DNA of 64,000 bases from Carcharhinus longimanus (GCA_030264375.1 JASCQW010000098.1:57613865-57677864); one strand, 5' to 3'; positions 45,886 through 60,235 are shown, numbered from the stretch's first letter. Program-made: numbers and translations. The notes: generated from the letters alone by a model not told the origin.

Positions 45886-48800
45886 AAATTAGCCAAAGTA
45901 CCATTTAATTGGGGGGGGGGGGAGTGGAATTGAATCAGAATGTCAATTATTTTAAACCAGATTACAAAGAATTGGACTCCTGCACTTAACTACTGAATCT
46001 ATATAAGAAAATAGCAAAACCTTTTATGGATCCAAAACATAAGGGGGGAGGTATCTACAATCCTACACAGTCACATCCTGAATGTATTTGGTAAGCCTCC
46101 ACAATTATGTATTTTACTTACAAAGGTTTGACTTGAAACTCTAGAACATATTTGTTTTGAAAAGATTTTCCCAAGCGATTGTAAAGCTTATTACGTAGAT
46201 ATCAGTTTATTTAGCGCTGAGATCATTGATTTTGTCTCCTAGATCCAGCCATATGTATTACTGTAATATTTTTAAGGAATGGATTTATGAAAGCGTGCTA
46301 ATATAAATTTGCTTAGTTTATTGTAGATACAACAAAGGATTGAAGGCAGTCAATAAACTGCAGCTGCAATTGTTTCTGCATTTTGATGATGGATAATAGA
46401 TTCATGAGGGAATTAATATCTGCTGCAAGTGACTGCTATTGTTTTGTGTTGGATTACAAGTTGTTGCATCTGTCCTGTTGACTATTATTGACCTGATCTT
46501 CTTATCTTCAAAGAAGCAGCAAATATTTGATCACTGGTTGCATTGATACACTTGAGCGGAAAACAATATCAGAAACGATATGGCAATGGCTTCGCCAGCT
46601 GTATTTTCCAATTTGTCCCTTGAACAATCAGATGCTGATTTATAACATGATACCATTTCATTGGTTAGGGGGAGGGGAGGATCCCATTTACCACTTTGAC
46701 TGAAAATGATCTCACAGATGGGCCAGTTGGATTTGCCTGTCAGACTGTACTTGGGTTGAATCTATCATCACCATAGTGCAAAGCAAGTGCCTCATCTGTT
46801 TTATTGCTTAAAAATATTGCTTTCATAATTTATCGGTGTTTAAAAAGCAAATCCATTGCAATCGGAATTCTGTGCGTTTGAATCCTTTTAAAGTTTCACA
46901 TCAATTTCCAAAGTTGGATGAATGTACTGCATTCACAAACCATGTTTATAATGTGGCAGAAATGCACTTCCCGATGACCACAATGCTAACCGGATTGGTA
47001 TCAGATCTAATCTGTCTGCACATCCAAAAGTTGAACTTCTCCCCAGCCTGAGTGATTTGAAACCAGACAATGTGATTCACATTTCAGACAAGGTCTTCAG
47101 CAGCTCAAATTGCAAGGGGTAGAGTTACCACAGCTTTGCTGAATTTGATTTGCCGATTTGGAGATATCAGAGCAAAGATATTTACACATTCTAAAACTTG
47201 TATGTATGAATTCTGAAATCATCACAGAGACATAGTACGGTATTTGGTAGAAGCAATGATGGGTGGGGTGGGTCTCACCCATTGGCTGCAGCCACTGAGA
47301 TCTCTGTGTCATCTCATAGTTACTGAATGAAGCATCAATCTGGCATTTGACCTGGCAGTTGTGGGCTTTCTCTGAGATAAAATACATGGGGTATGGAAGT
47401 CCCAGCCACTGAGAAATGCTGCCTCATTGGGACCAGTGGCTTTCATTGCTTAGCAGTGCCACTGGGTAGGTGGTGACTGCTGTCTTATGGAAGGCAGTTG
47501 AAGGCAAGGGCATGGGGTAGCTCTGTGATGTCAGCTGTCTCTGTGCCTGACAACAGGGGCACTCTGGGAGCCTGCAAACAAACACGCCACGATTTGCTTT
47601 TTTGGGTTTCCTATATGGTCGGTTTGCCGTCTGCCATTGGGTGAATAACCAACAGCAATGGGATGAGGCCCTTAAGTGAGCATTAGTTGTCCACCTAAGC
47701 CATTAATTGGCAGCAGAGTGAAAAGGCTGGTCTTCCCACTATGGATTTAATCGGGACAGTGACAAGAAGATACCATGCTCCCGGCCACTAAACACCCACG
47801 GGGGTGGGCATTAAGTTCCATCCATAGTGATGCAAAGGCATCAACTGTCTGCTTATGTCAGAAGTAGAAATTAAATTCAGAGTTGCCAGTAAAAAGCAGC
47901 TCTCCAAGCCCAAAATGAACACAAGCAATCCACTCACTGTTGGCTTGCTGAAGAGTCATTTAGTAAGAGAATTAAATGGAGGAAAAATGCTGAAGTCTGT
48001 TGAATAGAATTTGATAAATCTATTCAAAAATTGATGTTGGAGCAACATTTTATTTAAAATGCTTAGAATAACTGGCCCTAAAGTATCTGTTTGAAACTTT
48101 TGTAGCTATAGCTTTGATTTCAATCAAAACTGGGACTGGGGAAAGTGGGGAATAGAGTGTTAACCACCCCTCCTGTAGTCCCTGTCCGCAGGCAGATTGC
48201 CAGGTCACGCCCAGGTGTATAAGTCTCAGGAATGGAGTTTCACGAGGGCATAATCAGCAAGGTGAGCAAAAACCCAGGGCAGGGACATTTCCCTTGTGGT
48301 GCGTTGAAAAAATTTAAACTGCCTTTTCTAGTTCTGCATTTTCTTCAACTGTCTTCGCCAAGTCTAAGAACCATATAGGCTTTTCTACTCAGGCCAAAGT
48401 GAAAATTTTAGTCAGTGCCCATGATGGTGCCATTAGACCCTGATTTGCATATTTAAAGGAGAACCTCACTGATCTCAGGCAGGTGCTCCTGCTGCCCGCT
48501 CAGAAGTGTGAATGGGAACTGGCAATAGGATCATTACAGAACATTGTTGGATTCATCAGTTGATTGATTTTCCACTCCCTGCCTAGAGTTTTCCCCTGAT
48601 GAGTTAAGTTAAATCGGAACAATTGTATCGAGTTCAGTTTTGTTCAAGCACTGACAGGTTGGGCACAGGGAAAGAGCAGGTAAATGTGGTTAAACTAATC
48701 AGCTCCTGTGGAAATTATATCACAGCATGAATGACACCTTTTGCCCTTTAAGGGCAGTGATCTATGATCTGTCAAGTTAATCCAAAGTTCTCCTCTATAA

Positions 48801-49057
48801 GGTATAGTTGGCAAAAAAGTCTTCCTACTTTTAAGTTTGTTGCCAATAATAAGGATATAAAATAATGATGAATAACCAGAAAAGTTAATAACTTTCTTTT
48901 CCAATAGTCTGCAAAAGCTGCAAATGAAACTCTGCTCATGCGTTCCAACTATGGATCAATTTATAATGCGACATAAAGAGAAAGGCAATGAGAATTAAAA
49001 GCAAAATAAACTGAAGGCAACAGGAGTGCTTGGGTATCAGGCCTACCCAAATATATC

Positions 49058-50460
49058 CATAGAATCACAGTTACAGCATAGAAGGAGGCCATTCAGCCCT
49101 TTGTGCTGTGTCAGCTCATTGCAAAAGCTGTAGCCCTGTATTTTTAAAAATTGTTTTGATAACATTCCACTTCTTTTTCAAAAGCCATGATTGAATCGGC
49201 TTCGCACATCATTAGGCAATGCACTCCAGAGTTCAGATTCTCCCAAAAAAGTTCTAAGTGTCAAATTTGCATGAAAACGGGAATAAATCATACTGGCTTT
49301 TTCAATGGGAGTTCAGAGAAGAATCTAGTACACTCTGTGCACTAGCATAAATTAAGTGGACAGAACCTATTCCCACTGGGGAGGCTGGCATCGTAGCACT
49401 GAACGAACCACTGAGCATGTGCTGATCTGTCAGTGCAGTGGTCGTGTCTGCCAGTCTTGCGATTCCCATAACACCGGCTCTCTACTCCACCATGGCATGG
49501 CCCACGAGCTGGCACCCGAACGTGCCCGGGCCAGCCTCAGCCTCCCCACAGCCCTGATCTCCCACAACCCCTCCCCCCACCCCGATGNNNNNNNNNNNNN
49601 NNNNNNNNNNNNNNNNNNNNNNNNNNNNNNNNNNNNNNNNNNNNNNNNNNNNNNNNNNNNNNNNNNNNNNNNNNNNNNNNNNNNNNNCCCTCTGCTCGAT
49701 CACAAAGTGCAGAGTTGCAGCAGGACCACCCACTCCCACAAATTGCCTCCATTAAGCCCCACCTCCTTGGCACTGCCCTATGCCCAATAGGCAGTGCCAA
49801 GGTACCCCCTAAGCATTGGCACTTTGTCCCTTGGGTAGTGCTGGGGTCCAGGCTGGCACTGCCATGGTGCCAATGCCCAGGGAGCACCCCCCTCGCTGCC
49901 CCAATCTTCTGGAGGGCTCTGATTTGCCCCCCCTAAGGTCGGTGCCACCAGCTCCCTGGAAGTGTAGAGCTATAATAATCCCCGCTGGAGTGAAGCACTC
50001 TGGCAGAGCAGAGGGGTAGAGGGGAGGGGGTGGAGAGGGGAGATGTGCTGATTGTATTTAAAATATATGATGAGGCTCGTTTAAATAATTTATGCACCTC
50101 ACCTCCGGCATGGAGCTGATGCCGCTGGAAATCCGGCACTAGGAGATGGTATCGGGATGGGACACGTGGCATGAAATGGATGCTGCTGGAATCTCCCGGC
50201 CCACTGTGCTAAATGATTTGAACAGCAGGATGGGAGAATCAGCCCCAACCCCCCCAGATCTTAATCACTGCTTGGTAAAAATATTTTTCTTTAACCATTC
50301 ACCCTATACAGGTGTGCTGTAGTTCTCAACACTTCCACCAGCTGGAATAGTTTCTCTCCATCTGCTTTATCCAGATACATGATTTTAACATTTCGCTGCT
50401 GGATCGTCCCCTTTCTGAGAACAAGCCTAGTTCCTCCAATCTATCTATGTAACTGAAGTC
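49058..50460 (-). mobile_element. CR1 3' end interrupted by a 1-kb DNA element
   Basis: catagaatcacagttacagcatagaaggaggccattcagccc...gcactccaga, resuming as ccagatcttaatcactg at about 50254. Confidence 0.75.
49230..50246. mobile_element. Harbinger-type non-autonomous element
   Basis: Inverted ends gattctccca / tgggagaatcagcccc; GC-rich body with tggcactgcc repeats; TSD not clean. Confidence 0.6.
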
Positions 50461-53400
50461 TCAAAGAAACTACTTATGTCAAGGCAAAAAAGGCTTAAAC
50501 ATTGTAAATAAGGCTTACTTTCCTTAAAATTTAAAGGATTACACTTCCTTCTTTATTTATATGTTTGGAACAATTCCCATATTGCATCCATCTTAATTAA
50601 GCAATGAAGGAAATTCAATTGCCATATTCTCTCTTGTCCTTTCACTTTAATTCAAGCATGCACAAAGGCACTAGTCATCTGCAAGAATGAGAACAGAACA
50701 GTTGTTGTCACAGCAACTTTGAAGCTTTTTAAAGCTGTATTTTATCTTTATCTCTGCCTTCTTCATTGCATCCTTCAACTAAGGAGGACTGTCAACAGCT
50801 CAGAGACCTTTGGGAATGCCAGCTTCAGTATTTATTGACACTTAAAAAAGGCACAAGAGATTTCCTATGACAGAAACTTGATGTCCTTCCAACATTTCTG
50901 TATTTTATTCCTTTTACACAATACTGGAATTATGAAAAGTAAAGATGGAAATATGACTAGCATACCATTAATAGCTAGCTGTTTCCTTTATGAGGATCTG
51001 CAGACCAAAAAAATGAAAATAATTGAAATCAAAGGAACTTTGATTGCAATTGTTCCAATGCAATCACAGAAAGTGAGATTTTAAATATATTAAATGTACC
51101 ATCGCTTTAGAAATAAAGGCTTTTTCAATCTTAGGTTCTTACAACCCAGCAAGATGTCTAAGTACTCATAAATCCAAATAAACCCTATTGTTTTCAAGTG
51201 CTTTTAACAGCATCATGTTCGATGATATGTTGTCAATAACAGTATTATAGATTGGATTTTCACTGAGTTCAACCAAATCTGGAGGTCCTTAAAATGGTAG
51301 GGCAGGACCTGTGTGCAGAAGCCCTGCCTGGGTAAGGCATGAATGCAATGGGTAGGAGGCCTGAACTGAAGCTTTTTGAAATTAATGCTATGTGCAGACA
51401 GGCTCTTTCTCCCTATACCAGGGATTAGGAGGAAGCAAGAACTCTCTTCAAAGGTTGAAACAAATCTGTTTAAATATCATGATCTGAAGTTAGTTAAATC
51501 GACAGCAATTTCAAAATGAGAAGAAATACAGGCTTTTAATCATGGTTAAAAAAAAGAAAATATTGGCTGCTGGAGTGCATTGATTGACAGGTCATCTGAT
51601 ATAGCTTAGAAAAACTGTTAGCCATCAGTTACCACAGTTTCAATAAACTTATTTGTTGACATTTCCCAAGGGTTGTTATTGCAGCTGAACCCAATATGAA
51701 TGCTTGGCTAATTCTGAAAAGCTCCAGAATGACACACCTCAACAGGGAGATCAAGTTCACATTTTGAGTGACTGTTTTAAAAGACTATTAAGGGATTAGC
51801 TGTCTTTGTGGTTAGTAAATAGATGTTTATTTATTTTTACACAAAGTTAACCATTTGAGGGATTTGTTTTATAGTTTTGATTTGAAAGTTTTTTTCAATA
51901 TCAAGTGTGTATGAGTGAGAACTCTCCTAGTTTGTTAAAGTTTAATTTCTTTTCATTTCCACATGGCACCTAAGGTCTGACCATAGTGGGAAAAGGGGGA
52001 GTGGCTAAGGTGGGGGGGTGGGTGCATGGGTGAGAGGGTGGTGAAGGAGAGCCGAAGAACCTTTTGCACAACAGAGTCAAAGAGAATCAAGATAAAGCCT
52101 CAGTGTTCATTATCCTCTGTGACCACCTCGTATCTGTTTCTGGGCTGACCTTTCACTGGAATCAGTGTAGTAGGTTTGTGCAACTGTCAAAGAACCATGA
52201 AAAGTCATTCATGTTGGTGTGCAATTAGAGTCACACAAGAGGTGATGTTTGTAAGAATGACCAGTTTTCCTCACAGTATCCTAACTTTCATTTATTAATC
52301 AGGCCTCCACAGGAGCCTGATGGGAACATCGTCCACTGCCAAAACCAGCAATGTTCCAAAGGGGGATGGGCAGAAATTGAGTGGGAAATAGAATCACACT
52401 ATTTTAACTGCACCCACCCCACCAAGTGACATATCAACACTTGGCACAGTCAAGGAAATCAAAAGTTTGTTTATGATATCTTAAAGTGCCAGTTCACTAA
52501 TAGAGAGTTCTGCCTGCTTTATAATTTTATTTATTGGTAAGAAGTCTCAATGAACATCCAGTATCAATTTACTACAGTTCAGAATGGAAGTAGTAAAACA
52601 AGTATCTCATTGTACTGACCTGCACAAGCTTTGAGTTCCTCATTACAGCAATTAAAGTGATTAAATCTGGTGATTAGTGTAATAGCCACTTTAATATAAC
52701 AACGATAATCCTTCATGTAATCCTTGTAATTCCCTTGGCAACTAATGGATCTGATCTAATTTACATTAATATTGTTTTAACTGTTCAGCGTTATTGAGGT
52801 ATCATTTTATTTGTTTCAGTTAATTTCTTGCACCTATAATTACAAGTTTGCGACTAAGTTCCCTTTGGCATCATAAATGGCACTATACCTTACTTTTTAA
52901 AGTCAGCTAATATTGACTTCCCTACTGTTTTGGGGCTTCAGCAATTGATATACTCCTGAAGCAGGGGCATGTGGGTTTATGGCCACAGTTTCTCATGCAG
53001 CAAGTCTCAAATTTTAGATGTACCATTGGTGATTTTCACCAGCAACAGTTGAATGTTTCACAACATAGAAAGTTGGAAAATCAGGCTATGTGAGACTGAG
53101 ATATTTTTACACACCCTGTGACAAGAGATCTGGCAGAAGGTTGTTGAATTGTTAGGAGGGAGTAGGAAAGTGGATTTCAAAGCAAGCTCTTAAATTGTAT
53201 TGAATTTACAGATGATAAAAAGACCATTCAACCTATTTACTCTGTGCTGCCACTTATGCTCCATATGAGCCTTGTTCCCCAAGGGTCTACCTGCATATCC
53301 TTCAATTCCTTTTATCCTCGTGTATGTATCCCAAAGGCATCTATGCAATTTGTCTCATGCATTTCTTGTGGTAGCAAATTCCACATTCTAATTACTCACT

Positions 53401-54310
53401 GGGTACAGAAGTTTCTCTTGGATACTTTATTGAATTTATAATGACAAGTTGGCATGATTTTAGCTGTCCTTTGATGATTTGGCAGGTGACAGCTTTGCAT
53501 CTCAACTATTGTGCATACAAACATAACTGTTGGAAAACAATTGTATACTACTTCCTGCATTTATATTTGTGCAGGTGCAACTATTTGTCTTCAATTTCTG
53601 TTCCTTTTAACAACCTTTACTGGCTGGTATTATAATAGTTAAGCCACAGGTGTAGTTAGCTCTAAGTCACAATATTATCTTTGTTTTCTTTTCACATGGA
53701 TGTGTTCGTGATTTGCTGCAATTGCAGGAAACGTGGTAGATTCATTTGCTCCTCATATCTTCCCATCATTTGTGACATACAATAAAAGTTCCATTCATGA
53801 GTATTTTGATACTAAATTCAAAATTCCATTTTTTTGATGACTTGGGGTGTTTTTTGTAATTCATTGTACAGAATAAGTGATAGTTTACTGCAGGGAAATG
53901 TTATCTAACTGTAATTACCCATATGACATAATTTAAAGCTTATGAGTCATTTAAACCTGTGGAGTAACTTTCAGTCTCCCTGATGTACTTTATGCATTCA
54001 GGTTAAACTGTGGGAATTGTTACTGTTGCCAAGTAGGAGAGCAGTGAAGTTTTTTGACATTTGATCTCTCAAAGTTTATGTGTCAAACCTCCCATGAAAG
54101 CCAGGGAACAAGAATGCATAATTCTTCTGTGCCTGCCTAACTACTGGAGGATGCAGACACAAAGCAATAAGTCTGGATTTTCCAACTTTCCATCCAGTCC
54201 AGATGGGTGATAAGAAGTTAAAAATACATTTTTTTCTTCTCCTCATTTTTATTTCTATTGAAGTCAATTATATAAAATCAGGAGCGATATAAACTGAACT
54301 GTTAACACAT

Positions 54311-54633
54311 TGGGTGGCACAGTGGCACAATGGTTAGCACTGCTGCCTCACAGTGGCAGGGACCTGGGTTCGATTCCCAGCTTGGGTCACTATCTGTGTG
54401 GAGTTTGCACATTCTCCCCATGTCTGTGTCGGTTTCCTCTGGGATGCTCTGGTTTCCTCCCACAGTCTGAAAGGCATGCTGGTTAGGTGCATTGGCCATG
54501 CTAAATTTTCCCTCTGTGTACCCGAACAGGCACTGGAGTGTGGTGTGGTGTGGAGTGTGGTGACGAGGGGATTTTCACAGTAACTTCATTGCAGTGTTAA
54601 TGTAAGCTTATGTGTGATAACAATAAATAAATT
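54311..54633 (+). mobile_element. V-SINE, alternative-tail subfamily
   Basis: gggtggcacagtggcacaatggttagc...ggggattttcacagtaacttcattgcagtgttaatgtaagc...aataaataaa. Confidence 0.9.
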
Positions 54634-55239
54634 TTAAACTGTCACCCATTTTAAAAAGTACTTCACCAAGTCCAGATCTACGCCATACTTCTCGCTGCAC
54701 CAACAGAAGCTGTACATGTATATTGGAAGGGAATGAGAATTAGTACCAAAATGCATGGACTGATCGGCCTGTAACCAACCCCAGGAAAATTTGATTTCTT
54801 TGCCCACTCCTACAGAATCATAGGGGATACAATCTTTTATATGCATATGTTTCACACTAGAAAACTTTGATTTAGCTATTCCTCTCCCCTTCATAAAAAA
54901 ATTAGAAAATTGAAAAGAAAAATGTAGTTAAATAAGCATCCTTTCTTCTATGGTGAAGACCCAGATGCAGATCATTATGGGCATTAAAGAGGCCGGAAAT
55001 TCCTGCATCCAGCAGAGGTCTCATACAAATGGCAGAAAACTTCGTGGGAAGATACGAATTGTAATCTCCCCCATGTTTTCACTGTGCGTAAATATTTCCC
55101 TCTTTCTCTACCTTCAATATATTCCCCCAAAGCTGTCTCTTGTTTCCCAACACAAGAGAAGGCTGTAAATCCCACAGTGCAGAGGGATGGGAAGAGGAAA
55201 CACAAAGAGAAGTATTGTGGAAACAGGGAATATATTACT

Positions 55240-56350
55240 ACAAAAGCAAAATACTGCAGATGCTAGAAATCTGGAATACAGACAAAATACTGATGATAGC
55301 ATGTTTGATGGTGTCTATGGAGCAAGAAATGGAGTTAATATTTTAGGTTTGTCTGTAACCTTTCATCAGAACTAGGAAAAGTTAGAAATGTATTGGAGAA
55401 AAAAAATCAACCCGGTAAAGGGTAAGGAAACAAAATTTGGGCAGAGGTTAAGATGTAATAATGATGAACTCAATATTGAGTGAATCTCAAAGGCTGTAAA
55501 GTGCCCAGTCAAGAGATGTGGTGCTGTTCCTTGAACTTTTGTTGAGCTTCATTGGAATGCTATGGCCAGACAAGGACATGAAGGTCAGAATGGGAGCAAG
55601 GTGGAGAAATAAAACGACTAGTTCCAGGAAGTTCTAGGTCACATTTCTAGACTGAGCAGAGGTACCCAGAAAAAGTGGTCACCCAGTTTGCAATAGGTCC
55701 TCCCGTTGTACAGAAGACCAGTTTGTACTCAGTTGAAAGAAACTCATTGTTTCAGCTGGGTGGTGTGTTTGGACTCTTGGATGATAAGGAAGGAAGTTAA
55801 ATGGCAGGTGATGCACCCCCTGCATTTGCAAGGAAAACTGAATGGAATGTGGAGGGGCTGAGGGGGATGACTGAGGAGTGGAACAGGATGTCATCGAGGG
55901 AATGGTTCCTTCCAAATGCTGAAAGAGCAGTTGAGAGGATGGTGGTGGCATCATGCTGGAGGTGGTGAAATTAAGATGGATGATTCCATGAATTTGAGGC
56001 TGGTGGAAGTGTGGCAAGGAAAACTCAAACATGCTTCTGCAAGGGGGAGGGAAGCGTGAAAGCAGAAGTGTGAAAAATAAAGCAGACACAGTTGAGTTGC
56101 CTATCAACCATGGTGGAGGGAATACTCAAATGAGAGAAAAGGAAGACATATTAGAATCGCCAGTATGAAAGGTTGTATCATCTGAACAAATGCAATAGAA
56201 ACAAAAATTGTAGGAATTAAGAGTCCTTACAGGAAGCAGAATGGAGGAAGTTCAAGGCAGCTGTGAACTATAGTGAATGGGATTGCAAGATCGATTGTTC
56301 AATGTGAGAACAAGTTCAGTAGTTGGAGGGTGGTAGTGAACGGGAATTGA
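55240..56350 (-). mobile_element. Penelope-like retroelement 3' part (GIY-YIG endonuclease plus terminal repeat)
   Basis: Minus strand CKCRGCITC..GLLYNGRT..KLGDHFSGYLCSV..SNEAQQKFKEQHHIS*LGTLQP (YIG-type GIY-YIG), followed by a terminal repeat with a hammerhead motif. Confidence 0.8.
55333..55373 (-). ncRNA. Degenerate minimal hammerhead ribozyme (family 2)
   Basis: Reverse complement: AGTT-CTGATGA-A-AGGTT(ACAGACA)AACCT-AAAA-TA-TT-AACT; G12 changed to A. Confidence 0.55.
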
Positions 56351-57109
56351 CTGTTTCCTCCGTTAGAAAAAGAAATGACAACTATATTAATGCCACCGAC
56401 TGATCTTTTCAGACATGGCAGAAACTACTTCACTGTTTTAACCATGCTCTATTTTCGTATAAGTTGGGTAATTTTCCAATAAAACAGCAGAGAGCCACAG
56501 CCAGCAGCAGCGTTCCTCCAGGTACACACTGTGCACTACTATCAGTGATAAATGGTTGGAAAATCAGTGCAGCACACTTGAGGTGCACTCCTGGCAAATG
56601 AGGTCCAGTGAGTGGTGCAAAGTCGAGATGAACATTGTCTTGTATACAATCAACAAACTAAAATTCTCACACCAGGATTAAGTATTGGCGGCTCTGATAT
56701 AAATAGAAGAGTGATTTGTTTGGGCTAGTTAGCTTGATAATGTACTTATACAGTCGTAGTAGGTGGTCCCATACTCATACAAACAAATGAAGAGGACAGA
56801 AAAATACCATATGATCCTGTAACCCTGCCTGTTATAATCATGAGCTAACTAGGTACCTTGATTCCCAATGTCTGCTCCCACTTGTAGTCATGTAATCTCC
56901 TGGAATAGAAAAAAAAAGTAATGAATTATGATAGACAACTGAAAAGTATAACATTTTTTCCTCTGGTAATGGTCCAACCTCTGGCCACAAAAGAGGGAAA
57001 GGTGTTAAACTAAAATCCCTGTCAAAGGGCCACAATGCAAGTGGCACCTAAAATACACTGGGTGCCTGATCCATTTGTACACATCACCCACTCCCTTGGA
57101 TTGGACCTG

Positions 57110-57322
57110 GGACACAGTTGAAAACTTCATGTGACAGCTATATCTTCAGCCACGTAGGCCATATGCTCTGAAATTCCCATTTATCCACTTCATCTCTTTC
57201 TGTTAAATCCTCTCTAAAATTTATCTCTTCCACCATATGTTTAGTTATCCCACTTTGTATCTTACTTGAATTGGTGTCAATCTTTGTACTATTGTGATAT
57301 TTTATGTTGTTAAAGGCACTAA
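57110..57322 (+). mobile_element. L2 3' end
   Basis: cttcagccacgtaggccatatgctctgaaattcc...gttaaaggcact. Confidence 0.55.
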
Positions 57323-57325
57323 GAC

Positions 57326-57745
57326 TTCAATTTATATAGCTCATTTTGTAACTTCAGGGCATCTCAAATGTGTTACAACAATTAATTATTTTTAAAGTGT
57401 AATCATTGTTGCAATGTAGGAAACATAGCAGCTAATTTGTGCACAGCAAACTCTCAGGAACAGCAAGGCAATATTGACACAATATTCTGTTTTAGTGATG
57501 TTGGTTGAAGGATTAATTTTCGCTAGGACACTGGAGATAATTCCCCCGATCGTTTTCAAAGTAGTCCCATAGAATCTTTTATAATCACCTGACTGGGCCA
57601 ACTGGGCCTTGGATTAACATCTCAGCCAAAAGACAACACCTCTGTCATGATAACAATCCCTCTCTACAGCACTGCCAGCCTCGATTTATGCTCAAGTCTC
57701 TGGAGTATGCTTTGAACCCTCAACTTACTGACACAGACTAGACAA
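57326..57745 (-). mobile_element. DeuSINE (SacSINE1-like), near full length
   Basis: gtaggaaacatagcagctaatttgtgcacagc (Deu domain); ctcaagtctctggagt..ttgaaccc head. Confidence 0.8.
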
Positions 57746-58205
57746 TGGACAACCTGCTGACTCACACTAGACCAGTGAACAATGATTGCTGCTGCTTTCT
57801 AACCCCCACTTGTGGTAGACCAAGGCTCAGAGATTTTGTGACTCATTTCCAGTTCATCACAATAATGATGAATGAAATATGCAGAAGTAAAATATAACAA
57901 GCCATTTGACCCAACCCATTGATGAACACATGAACAAATGCGTGAAAGGTGATTGCTCATGTGAAATTGGAACTGAAATACATTACCAGTGTAATTGAAA
58001 GGGACCCTCAACAATATCAGTACTATGTTATGCAGTATTTAGTGCAGGAATGTGTCCACTAACAAAATAGAACATATTTTCAATGTTTGCCATAACTGAC
58101 TTTAAAACAGACTTGTCACATTCAATGGTCATTTGTATATGTTTGAACAAAATGCTTTTATGGCACTATATTTGTACTGTTGTCTGTCTTATTACTTTTT
58201 GTGTA

Positions 58206-58487
58206 CATAGAATCACTACAGTGCAGAAGGAGGCCATTCAGCCCATTGAGCTTGCATTAACAATCCCACACAGGCCCTATCCCCATAACCCCATGTATTT
58301 ACCCTGCTAATCCCTTTGACACTAAGGGGCAATTTATTATGGTCAATCAAAATAAAACTGGAGCACCCAGAGGAAACGCACACCGATACAGGAAGAAGAA
58401 GATGAAAACTCCACACAGTCACCCAGATAGGAATTGAACCTGGTGCTGTCAGGCAGCAGTGCATGCCACTATGCCACAATGCTACCC
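58206..58487 (-). mobile_element. HE1 V-SINE with internal deletion
   Basis: catagaatcactacagtgcagaaggaggcc...gaattgaacctgg. Confidence 0.88.
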
Positions 58488-59859
58488 ATATATGTGCCAT
58501 TGATAAATCTCTGTGGAATTTCACAAAGGCATGACAGGAACAAGGTGGTATCATCTTCCAAATTGTCCATGAACCTTCAGAGTGCCTAAGCAATAGGAAT
58601 TTGGGACTGATGGAATACCATGAAATTCATGCAAGTACAAAAGGAATTATTCTGAATCCAATTGAGAGTCCAAGGATTCAAATATGTCAGATTTGTTTTC
58701 TTCAATTGTTTTCAATTCCATGATGTTGCAAAGATCAAGTTGTTATTTTTCAATAATCCCTCCTGCATTGAATGCATGTAACTGTTAAAGGAGACATGGA
58801 AGTGTAGATTCACCGTTCCCCGCTGTCCCAAAGTGGATCCACGTTCCAATAACATTAGTCCTGGTAACACTGCAATAATTTTGAATTTTGACTAACTTAA
58901 ACTGAATTTAATCAATTCCAACAGTGCAGAACTCACCCTAGTGGCTTCAGTTTGTAGTTTTAGAGTATTCAGGGTTGAAAGGGTTAAAGTGTGGGACTAC
59001 AGAAACAGTGCCACCTACATGATAATTTAAAAGAGAAACACATAACTAAGAGTTACAGAGTAGAAGGCTCATGGCTTAGATTGTAAACTGGATATCTATA
59101 TATAGTTTTGTTTATCTAATAAACAAGTTAACGATCAGACATGGTTATGTCTCTTTAATTGTTCATTAGCCAATCACAACCAACATATGACATGGACTCA
59201 GAGATAAGATTTTACAACATAGTGGTCACTGGGATGACAGCTATGAAAGACCCCAAAACCTCCAAAAATTAACTTTTAAAAGAGTTTGTCAGTCTGAGCT
59301 GAAAAAAGAATGCCAAAATGAAGACTTTTGTGAAACAGTGAAAATCTCCAAAAAGAGTTCCATAGATGGCATGGAGGCAGAAAGACAGGCAGAAAAAAAA
59401 ACTTGATCAGCTGAATAAGACCTGCAGCATATCATGTGGTGGTCTGTAAAAAATCCCTGATCCAGTAATAGAGTCAAAGAGCCTAGTAACAATTGAGGAA
59501 TGGTAACCAAACATTGAAAAAGGTTCAAAAGTTTCACATTAATGGTGTAGTAAGCAGATAGCACTGGAAAAGTGCAGGTTTTCAGACTCTCTGGGTCCAA
59601 GGTTGGCGCTATCATGCATGGCAGCCGCAAGACAGCAATAGTTTTTTAAAACAGCACAATTCCCCAGTGGACAGAAAGCAGTGAACAGAGCTTAATAGTA
59701 ACTTCCAGTGATTAGTTTTAAACTCTGCAAAGTTGAAGGATGTTACCAAAATCAGTGAAAGGCTGATTAGCAGAGGAAAACTCCATTAATAAAGCAAACA
59801 TCCCAAAACGACTGTGGATTCCAAATTCACTTTGCCACACCTATTTGGGTGTAGGGATT

Positions 59860-60235
59860 CAGGAGGAAGAGACTTTTAAGATTCAGAATTGCATCTCGAT
59901 TGGACAATAAGTCTAAGGCTGAATAAGTCAAAATGTAATCTATTGGAGCAGTTGCTGGTGATGTTATAGCAAGATGAGGCATTAAGGAAACATCAGACAA
60001 ATTCAAAGAAATCTTAAAAGCCTTTGATAATTATTTTAATTTACTGACTAACAAAATATTGGAAAGTGCCAAATTTGACAAGGGTCCAGAAACGAGGTAA
60101 CTGGTAGATGTCTTTATCAACAAGCTGTATTAACTGGTTGAAAGTTGCCAATATGATTATCTTAAAACTGAGCTGATATGAGACCACATGGCTGTTGGAT
60201 TTACGGGTGACACTCTATCTGACCACCTGCAACCC
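59860..60235 (+). mobile_element. Gypsy LTR-retrotransposon gag remnant
   Basis: FRIASRLDNK..KEILKAFDNYF..NKILESAKF..LVESCQYDYLKTELI*DHMAVG, matching the ERAKF...IRDRIVVG gag pattern. Confidence 0.7.

Noticed and set aside
54311-54385. tRNA genes
   Set aside because: The A and B boxes belong to SINE heads and run directly into the V core; no complete cloverleaf.
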